Assembly: GCA_964462495.1 (NCBI GenBank)
Contig: CAYWWZ010000001.1
Location: forward strand, 69-64,068
Reading direction: 5' to 3'
DNA: 64,000 nt
Source of the DNA: an uncultured Candidatus Planktophila sp.
Lineage (GTDB): Bacteria; Actinomycetota; Actinomycetes; Nanopelagicales; Nanopelagicaceae
The position numbers were made by a program, and so were the translations under genes. Positions 1 to 8,727 of this stretch are shown one piece after another. A model generated the notes under the pieces. It was not told where the DNA came from and searched no databases. It worked only from the letters and a program-made list of their open reading frames with translations. Numbering within the stretch: position 1 is the stretch's first letter; each line of letters starts with the position of its first letter.

Positions 1-19
1 AGATGGTGAAATCACTCGC

Positions 20-547
20 ATGAATCTTGATAGCGCACTATCTCTTATTCGAGAGGTCCCTGACTTTCCTCAGCCAGGTGTCTTATTTCGAGATATCACC
101 CCGTTGCTGTCCAACCCGCAAGCATTTTCAACTGTTGTCGATGCACTCCTAACTTTCAATTCCCATGTATCGCAATTCGCTGGAATAGAAGCCCGGGGAT
201 TCATTCTGGCTAGCGCCATGGCTATTCGTTCTTCAGCAGGATTTGTACCCATTAGAAAGAGTGGAAAACTTCCTTTTGCGGTGTATTCCGAGAACTATTC
301 GCTCGAATACGGCGAGGCAACTTTGGAACTTCATCAGGATGCCTTCAATCAGTCTCGCGCAGTAGTTGTAGTCGACGATGTTCTTGCTACTGGCGGCACT
401 TTAGAAGCCGCTATAAAACTTGCTGAACGTGCTGGCGGCCAGGTGTTAAGCGTTGTAACACTTATTGAAATTTCAGCGCTCGGAGGCAGAGAACGCTTGG
501 GCGCGCAATTTCCTCGATTAGAAATTCATGCGCTGGTGAAAGTGTGA
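20..547 (+). CDS. apt: Adenine phosphoribosyltransferase
   Basis: VPDFPQPGVLFRDITPLL, GIEARGF, RKSGKLP, YSLEYG and PRPP-binding VVVVDDVLATGGT motifs. Confidence 0.96.
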   Translation: MNLDSALSLIREVPDFPQPGVLFRDITPLLSNPQAFSTVVDALLTFNSHVSQFAGIEARGFILASAMAIRSSAGFVPIRKSGKLPFAVYSENYSLEYGEATLELHQDAFNQSRAVVVVDDVLATGGTLEAAIKLAERAGGQVLSVVTLIEISALGGRERLGAQFPRLEIHALVKV

Positions 548-2391
548 AACGCATCCCCCAAATTCAAGCGCTGCGTGCGCTGGCAGCTCTCCTCGTAGTC
601 GCCTATCACGCAAAAGTTACCCCTGGCGGATACATCGGCGTCGATATCTTCTACGTTATTTCAGGTTTTTTGATCACAGGACTACTTTTGCGAGAGCTTG
701 AGTCAACAGGTTCACTTCAACTCAAGGCCTTTTTCATTCGTCGTGTTAAACGATTACTTCCAACTTCATTCTTCGTTTTGATTATCACCGCCATAGCAGC
801 GTGGATCTTTTACCCATCAACCTTACGTCCTGGTCTAGGTAGAGATATCGCAGCTGCTGGAGCTTACGTTTCCAATTATCTCTTTGCGCTATGGCAGATG
901 GATTACCAAAATCTTGATGCGACTCCCCCAGTCGTGATCCATTACTGGTCTCTCGCCGTTGAAGAGCAGTTCTATCTTTTTTGGCCATTCATTATTTTGG
1001 CTCTCTTCCGCTATGGATCGCGCAAGGCTGTCTTCTATGGTGTCTGCGCCATTACGGCATCATCTTTTTTGTTAAGTCTCTATCTCACTGCTCGTGAACC
1101 AATCTGGTCTTTCTACTCTTTGCCTACTCGGGCGTGGGAACTCGGGATCGGAGCCCTACTCCTTTTCATACCGAAAAAAATTCGATTTAGTTCAAACTAT
1201 GCATGGATTGCACTTGGCTTAATAACTTACGGGACTTTTGCCTATACAGATTCAACGCCATTTCCTGGAACAGCAGCGCTTCTCCCAGTGATTGGAACTA
1301 TTTTTGCGATTGCCTGTGCCAACAATTGGCCTGCCTTTCTAGATCAACTAGGCAATACCCACATCGTTCAGTGGCTTGGAGAAATCTCCTATCCCCTATA
1401 TCTCTGGCACTGGCCAGTGCTCGTGATTCCCTCCGTCATGTGGGGCCGATCGCTCAATTATCTTGAGATATTCATTTGTGTGGTTGCTACCTTAGTTCTG
1501 GCCGATCTGACTCACCGTTTCATTGAGGATCCAATCAGATATTCCAAACCAAAAGATAGAACTATTGTTCGGGGGGCGCTACTCGCTACAAGCTTTTCCC
1601 TCCTTCTCGGAGTAGTGATTCATTTCTCTTGGAATGACCGAATCAAACTTGATAATGGAACATCCTTTTCGGTCTCCGAAGTTACCAAGAGGCCGATCGT
1701 CTATGATGATGGTTGCCATGTGAATAACGGCGAAACGATTTCGCCTGAATGTACCTATGGTTCAAAAGGCGCCCAACGCAAAGTTGTTCTCTTCGGTGAT
1801 TCGCATGCTGCACAGTGGTTTCCTGCCTTGGAAAAACTAGCTCAAGAGAGAAATTTTGAGTTGATATCTCTGACAAAATCTGCCTGTCCAGGTCCTGCCG
1901 TTCTTAAAGTGGATTCTGGCGAGTATAAAAATGCTGATTGCTTCGCTTGGCGGGAGAATTCTCTGCAACGCATAGAGAAACTGAAGCCCTATGCGGTAAT
2001 TTTCTCTGGATTCCAGCATTTTAAGATTCCGAATGGATACTCGTCTCGACGTGAATGGTGGCAGGAAGGTCAACAGAAGACTTTCAAGGCTTTGCAGGGA
2101 AATGCGCAACACATTATTTATCTCAACGACACCCCACACCCCCAGCAGGATATTCCTGCCTGTCTTGCAGGTGGCGTCATTTCAAGATGTAACGACAGTA
2201 AACCATCTGAACCAATTTCAATTCCTAATTTAAAGAGTGTAAATCCAACGCCCTGGTTATGCGAAGATAAATGTCCAAGTATCGTCAATGGAGTCATTGC
2301 TTATCGTGATGGCTCTCATATCTCTCGCCTCATGAGCGCTTCACTCTCCGAACCATTAGGAAGAGCTCTGCAGCGTTTAGGTGTCTTGTAG
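544..2391 (+). CDS. Acyltransferase-3 / SGNH fusion O-acetyltransferase (OafA/OatA-like)
   Basis: Multi-TM AT3 domain (LRALAA..H, GVDIFYVISGFLIT, HYWSLAVEEQFY) plus C-terminal SGNH-like domain (GDSHA ... DGSH); GTGA overlap with apt stop. Confidence 0.9.
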   Translation: MKRIPQIQALRALAALLVVAYHAKVTPGGYIGVDIFYVISGFLITGLLLRELESTGSLQLKAFFIRRVKRLLPTSFFVLIITAIAAWIFYPSTLRPGLGRDIAAAGAYVSNYLFALWQMDYQNLDATPPVVIHYWSLAVEEQFYLFWPFIILALFRYGSRKAVFYGVCAITASSFLLSLYLTAREPIWSFYSLPTRAWELGIGALLLFIPKKIRFSSNYAWIALGLITYGTFAYTDSTPFPGTAALLPVIGTIFAIACANNWPAFLDQLGNTHIVQWLGEISYPLYLWHWPVLVIPSVMWGRSLNYLEIFICVVATLVLADLTHRFIEDPIRYSKPKDRTIVRGALLATSFSLLLGVVIHFSWNDRIKLDNGTSFSVSEVTKRPIVYDDGCHVNNGETISPECTYGSKGAQRKVVLFGDSHAAQWFPALEKLAQERNFELISLTKSACPGPAVLKVDSGEYKNADCFAWRENSLQRIEKLKPYAVIFSGFQHFKIPNGYSSRREWWQEGQQKTFKALQGNAQHIIYLNDTPHPQQDIPACLAGGVISRCNDSKPSEPISIPNLKSVNPTPWLCEDKCPSIVNGVIAYRDGSHISRLMSASLSEPLGRALQRLGVL

Positions 2392-2429
2392 CGGGTTTTA
2401 AGAGAAATAGCGCAAAAAGCGTCGAAAGA

Positions 2430-2438
2430 TGGCAGGAT
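2430..2438 (+). promoter_or_regulatory. Putative extended -10 (TGG-CAGGAT) for leaderless tdk
   Basis: TGN-CAGGAT 6 nt before GTG 2445; first base deviates from TANNNT. Confidence 0.4.
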
Positions 2439-2444
2439 TCAACT

Positions 2445-3101
2445 GTGGCCGAACTTATTTACTATTGCGGAACAATGGATAGCGGCAAATCAACCCTCGC
2501 GCTACAAACTGCACACAATCATAAGAGTCGTGGTCGTTCAGGACTGATCTTCACTAGCAAAGATCGCGCAGGAGCAGGAGTTATCAGTTCTCGGCTGGGC
2601 CTTCAATCGGAGGCGCTTGAAGTAGAAGCAGACTTAGATATCCATAAGCTCGTAGTTGAGAGACTATCTATGGGAGATCGCATTGATTACATCATTTGTG
2701 ATGAAGCGCAATTTTATGCTCCAATCCAAATTGATCAGTTGGCGAAAATTGTCGATGGCCTAGGAATTGATGTTTACGCCTTCGGAATTCTTGCCGATTT
2801 TCGTACCAAGTTATTCCCCGGTTCAGCACGCCTTGTTGAATTAGCTGATCGAGTGAATACCCTCCAAGTTGAGGCGCTCTGCTGGTGCGGTTCTCGCGCA
2901 ACCCATAACGCTCGCACTGTCAACGGAGTTATGGTCACCGAAGGCGAACAGGTGGTTGTTGGCGACGTTGGAAAGAGTGATGAGATTGCCTATGAGGTTT
3001 TGTGTCGCAGACACCATATGCGTCAAGTTACTGCGCGAGCTTCACGTGCGGGCCATGTATCGGCCGACCCACTCCCCTTCACAGATATCAAAGCTCAGTA
3101 G
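2445..3101 (+). CDS. tdk: Thymidine kinase (type II)
   Basis: GTMDSGKST P-loop, SSRLG, DEAQF, Zn ligands CWC...CRRH. Confidence 0.93.
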   Translation: MAELIYYCGTMDSGKSTLALQTAHNHKSRGRSGLIFTSKDRAGAGVISSRLGLQSEALEVEADLDIHKLVVERLSMGDRIDYIICDEAQFYAPIQIDQLAKIVDGLGIDVYAFGILADFRTKLFPGSARLVELADRVNTLQVEALCWCGSRATHNARTVNGVMVTEGEQVVVGDVGKSDEIAYEVLCRRHHMRQVTARASRAGHVSADPLPFTDIKAQ

Positions 3102-3147
3102 ATAAAAATCCTAGTTACTATCGACAATCAATTGAGGAGATGAAACG

Positions 3148-4194
3148 ATGACAACGAATACAAAGGGTTATGCGGCTTTGGCTGCCAAGGAAAAACTCGT
3201 CCCATACGAATTCAATCGCCGCGAACTAGGCGCTCATGATGTTGCCCTTGACGTTCTCTTCGCCGGAATTTGCCACTCAGATATCCACCAAGTGCGAGAG
3301 GAGTGGGGTCCGGCTCTCTTTCCTATGGTTCCTGGCCACGAGATCGCTGGAATCGTAACGAAGGTTGGTTCTTCGGTGACTAAATTCAAAGTGGGCGACA
3401 AGATTGGAGTAGGCGTCTTTGTCGATTCTTGCCGCACCTGCAGTTCCTGTCAACGTGGACTTCAACAATACTGTCTAGAAGGAATGACTGGGACATACAA
3501 CGGGCTCGAGCGCGATGGTGTAACTCCAGCTATGGGCGGATACTGCAATTACTTTGTCATCAACGAAGATTACGCAGTTCATATTCCAGGTAATCTTCCT
3601 TTAGAAGGTGTGGCACCTTTGATGTGTGCTGGAATCACTTTGTACTCTCCAATCAAACACTGGGGCGTAGGTCCTGGCAAGAAAGTTGCTGTCATGGGTC
3701 TTGGTGGCCTAGGGCACATGGGAGTCAAGTTTGCTGCCGCTCTTGGAGCTGACGTCACTGTGCTTTCACATTCACCGAAAAAGAAGGATGACGCACTATC
3801 GATGGGCGCGCATCACTTTGTTGATACCAGCTCGGAAGGCTCGTTTGAGAAGGTTGCGGGAAGCTTCGATGTCATTCTCAATACAGTCAGCGCTGAGTTA
3901 GATATCAACCAGTATCTCAATCTTCTCAAATTGGATGGAACTTTGGTAGTAATCGGGCTCCCCGGAAAGCCATATGCAGTGCACGTTGGGTCTTTATTAA
4001 ATGGGCGTCGCTCTATCGGTGGTTCCATGATCGGAGGAATTCCCGAATTGCAAGAAATGCTTGATTTCTGCGGTGAGAAATCAATTGTGAGCGATGTTGA
4101 AGTAATTAAAGCTGACTACATCAACACGGCGTATGAACGAACCGTTAACAGTGATGTTAAATATCGATTCGTTATCGATGCAAAAACTTTTTAG
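3148..4194 (+). CDS. Zn-dependent NADP(+) alcohol dehydrogenase (cinnamyl-ADH/AdhC-like)
   Basis: GICHSD, PGHEIAG, structural Zn Cys cluster, GLGGLG, C-terminal YRFVID; SD GAGGAG upstream. Confidence 0.9.
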   Translation: MTTNTKGYAALAAKEKLVPYEFNRRELGAHDVALDVLFAGICHSDIHQVREEWGPALFPMVPGHEIAGIVTKVGSSVTKFKVGDKIGVGVFVDSCRTCSSCQRGLQQYCLEGMTGTYNGLERDGVTPAMGGYCNYFVINEDYAVHIPGNLPLEGVAPLMCAGITLYSPIKHWGVGPGKKVAVMGLGGLGHMGVKFAAALGADVTVLSHSPKKKDDALSMGAHHFVDTSSEGSFEKVAGSFDVILNTVSAELDINQYLNLLKLDGTLVVIGLPGKPYAVHVGSLLNGRRSIGGSMIGGIPELQEMLDFCGEKSIVSDVEVIKADYINTAYERTVNSDVKYRFVIDAKTF

Positions 4195-4205
4195 AAAGGT
4201 TTCGA

Positions 4206-4946
4206 TTACGCGAATAACGCAACTATCGCAGGAGCTATTACCAAAGCCGGCAGCAAATTAGCTACGGCAATCTTCTTGATGTTCAGGAGTCGAAGGGCGA
4301 TTCCGATTAGCATCAGGCCCCCGGTAATTGTCATGGCATCTATTTGTGGTTGCGTCAGGATTTTTCCTAGCAAGAGACCAGTTACCGTCCAGAACGCTTG
4401 ATAAATACCTACTGGAATCGCAGATGCAGCGACACCCCACCCTAAGGTCGACGCGAAGGCCATCGCAGCAAAGAAGTCGAGTGATGATTTAAGGACCAGT
4501 TGGTCTATACCCTGTGACATTCCATCGCTGATGCTGCCAAGAATTGCAAGTGGCCCAATCACGAAAAGCAGAGATGCGGAGACGAATCCATCGACAAACG
4601 GGCTATCTACGGATGCCCGAAATCTCTTCCGCAGATTTTCTCCAAAGGAGTCAAGGCGATCCTCTAATGAAAGCATTGAGCCGAGCAATCCCCCAATCAG
4701 CATAGCTGCAAGTATGACCAGGAGCGAGGACCCATCAGGAAGAGCAGAGGTGAAATCTTCTGACCAAAGAGGAATTAGTGCTGATACGGCGCCTAATAAA
4801 GTTATGAGCCCAAGTACGTCAGTAATCAAAATCTGCGATTTAGAAGACAACTTGGCTCCAATAAGAATGCCAAGCGAAGAACCGATCAAAATTGCAACGA
4901 TGTTGAGAACCGTTCCCGAACCGACGAAAATAAGACTGCTAGGCAT
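4206..4946 (-). CDS. DUF554 family membrane protein
   Basis: GTVLN..I.GS.LG, GFVSASLLF..GPLAILGSI.DG, KSSLDF motifs; start set at ATG 4946, 6 nt after TATAGT (ORF track starts 4970). Confidence 0.8.
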   Translation of the reverse strand: MPSSLIFVGSGTVLNIVAILIGSSLGILIGAKLSSKSQILITDVLGLITLLGAVSALIPLWSEDFTSALPDGSSLLVILAAMLIGGLLGSMLSLEDRLDSFGENLRKRFRASVDSPFVDGFVSASLLFVIGPLAILGSISDGMSQGIDQLVLKSSLDFFAAMAFASTLGWGVAASAIPVGIYQAFWTVTGLLLGKILTQPQIDAMTITGGLMLIGIALRLLNIKKIAVANLLPALVIAPAIVALFA

Positions 4947-4952
4947 TAGTGA

Positions 4953-4979
4953 ACTATAACGCGATTGCATCTATAGAAT
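4953..4979. promoter_or_regulatory. Back-to-back -10 hexamers for two leaderless divergent genes
   Basis: Minus strand TATAGT (4958-4953) 6 nt before ATG 4946; plus strand TAGAAT (4974-4979) 6 nt before ATG 4986. Confidence 0.6.
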
Positions 4980-4985
4980 GAATTT

Positions 4986-5654
4986 ATGAATCCCAAGGAT
5001 TTCCTTCATATGTTCAAACCCCATAAGACAGTACCGTTGACACCTTGGAGAGCGAAGTCTCGCTGGGATCTATCGCTTTCCCGAGTGGCAATACTCTTCT
5101 TTGGTTTGGCTATCTTTGGCCTGGGTGATTCACTTCTTATTCAAGGTGGAATAGGAAACGCTCCGTGGACAGTATTTGCTGAGGGGCTAACGTACAAAAC
5201 TGGAATGAGTATCGGCTTCGCCACCTTCGCCATCAGTGTTTGTGTCTTGCTTCTTTGGATTCCGTTGAAAGAACGTCCTGGATTTGGGACTCTTGCAAAT
5301 ATAGTTCTCATCGCAACCTTTATCGAGGTAGGAACTCACATCTTTCCCGCGCAGCAATCCATCGCTATGGGCGTTATTTACGATCTCATCGGCATTTCAC
5401 TTGTCGGTATCGGTTCAGCGCTCTACATCACATGTGGTCTTGGGCCTGGGCCACGCGACGGGGCGATGACTGGGCTGCATTACCGAACTGGTATTCGCGT
5501 TGGGCGGGTTCGAATGGGTATTGAGCTCACTGTCCTGATTATTGGATTTCTCATGGGTGGAACAGTGGGGTTAGGAACTGCTCTCTTTGCTCTGCTCATC
5601 GGGCAGTCCGTTGCGATTTCTCTCGGAGTTATCGCGCGTCTGACCCACCAGTAA
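4986..5654 (+). CDS. YczE/YyaS/YitT family membrane protein
   Basis: Internally duplicated TM halves with G.APW and GLGPGPRDG.MTG motifs. Confidence 0.8.
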   Translation: MNPKDFLHMFKPHKTVPLTPWRAKSRWDLSLSRVAILFFGLAIFGLGDSLLIQGGIGNAPWTVFAEGLTYKTGMSIGFATFAISVCVLLLWIPLKERPGFGTLANIVLIATFIEVGTHIFPAQQSIAMGVIYDLIGISLVGIGSALYITCGLGPGPRDGAMTGLHYRTGIRVGRVRMGIELTVLIIGFLMGGTVGLGTALFALLIGQSVAISLGVIARLTHQ

Positions 5655-5667
5655 CGTCCGTCTCCCC

Positions 5668-5755
5668 TAGCCTTCAACTACCTTCCCTCGGTCTGTGAGC
5701 CGTCATTTCACACGGGGTCGCAAACACCCCCGTTAACAAAATCAGGAAGGTCGTC
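5668..5755 (+). promoter_or_regulatory. Promoter -10 (TAGCCT) plus structured 5' leader with anti-SD
   Basis: TAGCCT 5668-5673; ACCTTCC 5680-5686 is complementary to SD GGAAGGT 5745-5751; two internal hairpins. Confidence 0.45.
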
Positions 5756-7192
5756 ATGCTCGATAGTTACTTCAAAATATCTGAACGCGGCTCCACTGTC
5801 GGCCGTGAGATTCGTGGCGGACTCGTCACGTTCTTCACAATGGCATACATCGTGGCGCTCAACCCGCTGATCATCGGTCTAGCTAAAGATGCAGATGGTA
5901 AATACATCGGGGGCGGAGATGCTCCTAATCTCGCTCTCGTTGCAGCGATGACTGCTCTCATGGCAGGAGTTCTCACAATACTGATGGGTCTTGTCGGTAA
6001 TTACCCACTTGCACTTGCAACCGGACTTGGTCTCAACACTTTTGTTGCAGTCGGTATCGCTTCTCAAATGACATGGGCTGATGCCATGGGTCTGGTGGTT
6101 CTCGAAGGAATCATCATTACAGTCCTTGTTCTCACCGGATTCCGTACTGCAGTATTTAGGGCGGTGCCAGCACAACTCAAGGTTGCTATCTCAGTAGGTA
6201 TCGGGCTATTTATCGCTCTCATTGGACTTGTCGACGCAGGCTTTGTTCGTAGAACTTCTACGGGACCTGTTCCAGTTACCTTAGGAGACGGTGGAACACT
6301 TGTCGGATGGCCAATTATCGTATTTGCATTTGGTCTCTTCCTAACAATTGCGCTGATGGTAAAGAAGACGAAGGGCGCAATTCTCATAGGAATCATCCTC
6401 GCCACTGTTGCTGCAGTAATTATCGAATCAACTCTCAAGATTGGTCCAAATTTCAACGGCGCAACCGGTGAAGTTAATCCAAAGGGTTGGGGGCTCAACG
6501 TTCCAGCGGTTCCAAGTGACATCGTCGCAACGCCCGACTTTAGCCTCTTCGGCGAATTTAACCTCTTCGGATCACTGGATCGCATCCCGCTTATCACGAT
6601 GATCCTTCTTGTCTTCACTCTCTTGCTCTCAGACTTCTTTGACACAGTAGGTACTGTGACAGCAATTGGTCATGAAGCAGGATTGATTGATAAGGATGGA
6701 AACATCCCTAATAACGATCGTATTCTTCTCGTTGACTCACTGGCAGCAGTTGCAGGCGGAGCTGGAAGCATCTCCTCAAATACCAGCTACATAGAGTCTG
6801 CCTCTGGAGTAGGTGAAGGTGCGCGAACTGGTCTTGCCTCAGTAGTGACTGGAATCTGCTTCCTATTGACTACCTTCCTAGCACCACTAGTCGCCGTCAT
6901 TCCTTACGAAGCGGCTACACCAGCGCTAGTAATCGTCGGATTCTTGATGATGACACAGATTAAGTCAATTGATTGGGAAGATTATGGAATTGCAATTCCT
7001 GCATTCTTGACAATCATTCTGATGCCATTCACTTACAACATCTCAGTTGGAATTGGTGCTGGCTTCGTAACACACGTCGTCATCCGCTACATCCAAGGTC
7101 GACGCAAGGATGTTCATCCCCTGCTTCTACTTGTCGCAGGTCTCTTTATGATCTACTTCTTGACGTCTCCGATCAATGCTTGGATTGGTTAA
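5756..7192 (+). CDS. NCS2 family nucleobase permease (AzgA/PbuG-like, purine-type)
   Basis: EIRGGLVTFFTMAYI..NP, GLGLN, DFFDTVGT, TSYIESASGV..GARTGL, MPFTYNIS.GIG motifs; many TM segments. Confidence 0.92.
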   Translation: MLDSYFKISERGSTVGREIRGGLVTFFTMAYIVALNPLIIGLAKDADGKYIGGGDAPNLALVAAMTALMAGVLTILMGLVGNYPLALATGLGLNTFVAVGIASQMTWADAMGLVVLEGIIITVLVLTGFRTAVFRAVPAQLKVAISVGIGLFIALIGLVDAGFVRRTSTGPVPVTLGDGGTLVGWPIIVFAFGLFLTIALMVKKTKGAILIGIILATVAAVIIESTLKIGPNFNGATGEVNPKGWGLNVPAVPSDIVATPDFSLFGEFNLFGSLDRIPLITMILLVFTLLLSDFFDTVGTVTAIGHEAGLIDKDGNIPNNDRILLVDSLAAVAGGAGSISSNTSYIESASGVGEGARTGLASVVTGICFLLTTFLAPLVAVIPYEAATPALVIVGFLMMTQIKSIDWEDYGIAIPAFLTIILMPFTYNISVGIGAGFVTHVVIRYIQGRRKDVHPLLLLVAGLFMIYFLTSPINAWIG

Positions 7193-7214
7193 CGTCACCT
7201 AAGTTAGATTGGCG

Positions 7215-7252
7215 AATGAGCCCGTACCGAATCGGTACGGGCTCATTTATTT
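7215..7252. terminator. Intrinsic terminator hairpin between convergent permease and ung (possibly bidirectional)
   Basis: Perfect 15-bp stem AATGAGCCCGTACCG (7215-7229) / CGGTACGGGCTCATT (7233-7247), loop AAT, T-rich tail on + strand; abuts ung stop. Confidence 0.85.
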
Positions 7253-7888
7253 GATTGACCAATCAATGGGCGATTCGCCCCGCTCCTGCAGTATCTGATT
7301 TATCCGAGAAAAAGGCTTAGATCCAAAGAAACCTCTATAGGCACTTAGGGGGCTGGGATGTGCAGAGACAACTACATCTGAAAAGTACCGGGAGAGATCC
7401 TCAGCGCTCTTTCCCCACAAAACCGCCACCACACCACGATGACCGAGTTCATATGCAATGTGATCAGTGATCTTTTGCCAACCGATCTTTGAATGCGCAC
7501 CCGGCATCCCAATTTTTGTGGTCAACACTCTGTTAAGAAGCATTACCCCTTGATCTGCCCAAGAGCTCAAATCACCATGTGTAGGCTGTGGCACTCCAAG
7601 ATCATTCTGTAACTCTTGATAGATGTTACGTAGCGAAGCTGGTATCCCAGCATCACGAGGTACTGAAAAGGCTAAACCTGTCGCATTTCCAAGGGTTGGA
7701 TACGGGTCTTGTCCAAAGATAACTACACGAACTACATCGATATCAATTTCCAGGGCTTTAAAAATACTTTTAAAAGCCGGAGTAACCTCAGATTCATTGA
7801 TCTTGTGAAGAACCTTTTGAATCTCTTCATCAAGAGGTGCAAGTGCCTCTCTCCAACTAGTATGCACGGGCAAAGAAGCGAGAGCCAT
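7247..7888 (-). CDS. ung: Uracil-DNA glycosylase family 1
   Basis: GQDPY, GLAFSV, GVMLLNRVLT, HPSPLSA motifs; start is ATG 7888 or GTG 7867 (ORF-track start 7981 lies deep in the upstream gene). Confidence 0.93.
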   Translation of the reverse strand: MALASLPVHTSWREALAPLDEEIQKVLHKINESEVTPAFKSIFKALEIDIDVVRVVIFGQDPYPTLGNATGLAFSVPRDAGIPASLRNIYQELQNDLGVPQPTHGDLSSWADQGVMLLNRVLTTKIGMPGAHSKIGWQKITDHIAYELGHRGVVAVLWGKSAEDLSRYFSDVVVSAHPSPLSAYRGFFGSKPFSRINQILQERGESPIDWSIK

Positions 7889-8645
7889 CAAATGTGACTT
7901 CCATGGGCAGCTCAAAGACTGCTGACATATGTTCAGATGTAATGACATCTCTAATAGGCCCGCTGATTGCAACTTTTCCATCTTTCAATATCAGCGCATG
8001 GGTTGTTCCAGAGGGGATTTCTTCAATGTGATGTGTGACAAGAATGGACGCTGGAGAGGTGGGATCCGCGGCGAAAATAGAGAATCGTTTTAAGAGATCT
8101 TCACGCCCACCAAGGTCCAAACCAGCAGCGGGCTCATCGAGTAGAAGAAGTTCGGGATCGGCCATGAGGGCGCGCGAAATTTGAACTCTCTTCCGTTCAC
8201 CTTCGCTGAGAGTTCCGTATTCGCGATCGGCAAGATCGCGAACTCCAAAGGTAGTTAAGAGCGCTACCGCCCTAGATTCGTCCCATAAATCGTAGGCTTC
8301 ATTCCAGCGCCCAAGAACTGCGTAGGCTGCGGTGAGTACAACATCACGCACCTTCTCACCATAGGGAATATCTTCGGCAACGAGGGCGCCACAAATTCCT
8401 ATACGTGTGCGCAGCTCAAAGAGGTCGACCCTTCCCATCATCTTATCCAGAATTGAAACCGAACCAGTTGTAGGAAATACACGTGTAGCCAGAATTTGAA
8501 TCAGGGTAGATTTCCCGGCGCCATTAGGCCCGAGAACTACCCATCGCTCTCCTGATGTAATTGAAAAATTAATGGGGCCTAAAATCGTTCGCTGGCCACG
8601 ACGAACAGAGACATCACGTAATTCCAAAACTGTCTGCTCGGTCAT
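7857..8645 (-). CDS. ABC transporter ATP-binding protein (no adjacent permease)
   Basis: Walker A GPNGAGKST, signature LSEGE, Walker B LLLLDEP, H-loop VTHH. Confidence 0.9.
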   Translation of the reverse strand: MTEQTVLELRDVSVRRGQRTILGPINFSITSGERWVVLGPNGAGKSTLIQILATRVFPTTGSVSILDKMMGRVDLFELRTRIGICGALVAEDIPYGEKVRDVVLTAAYAVLGRWNEAYDLWDESRAVALLTTFGVRDLADREYGTLSEGERKRVQISRALMADPELLLLDEPAAGLDLGGREDLLKRFSIFAADPTSPASILVTHHIEEIPSGTTHALILKDGKVAISGPIRDVITSEHMSAVFELPMEVTFDGSRFFARAY

Positions 8646-8715
8646 AGTGCCTCAAGATATATCTTTCACTCCGCAAAATTTGGGAAATCATCGCCGCCCG
8701 CTAAGTGATTCGCGA

Positions 8716-8721
8716 TAACCT
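8716..8721 (+). promoter_or_regulatory. -10 hexamer of leaderless serB
   Basis: TAACCT + CAGCCA + GTG, no SD. Confidence 0.55.
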
Positions 8722-8727
8722 CAGCCA

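Noticed and set aside
6064-6645. 193-aa minus-strand ORF (also 21090-21665, 33609-34094, 46283-46756 and many similar)
   Set aside because: Antisense shadows of well-supported conserved genes, with no independent signals.
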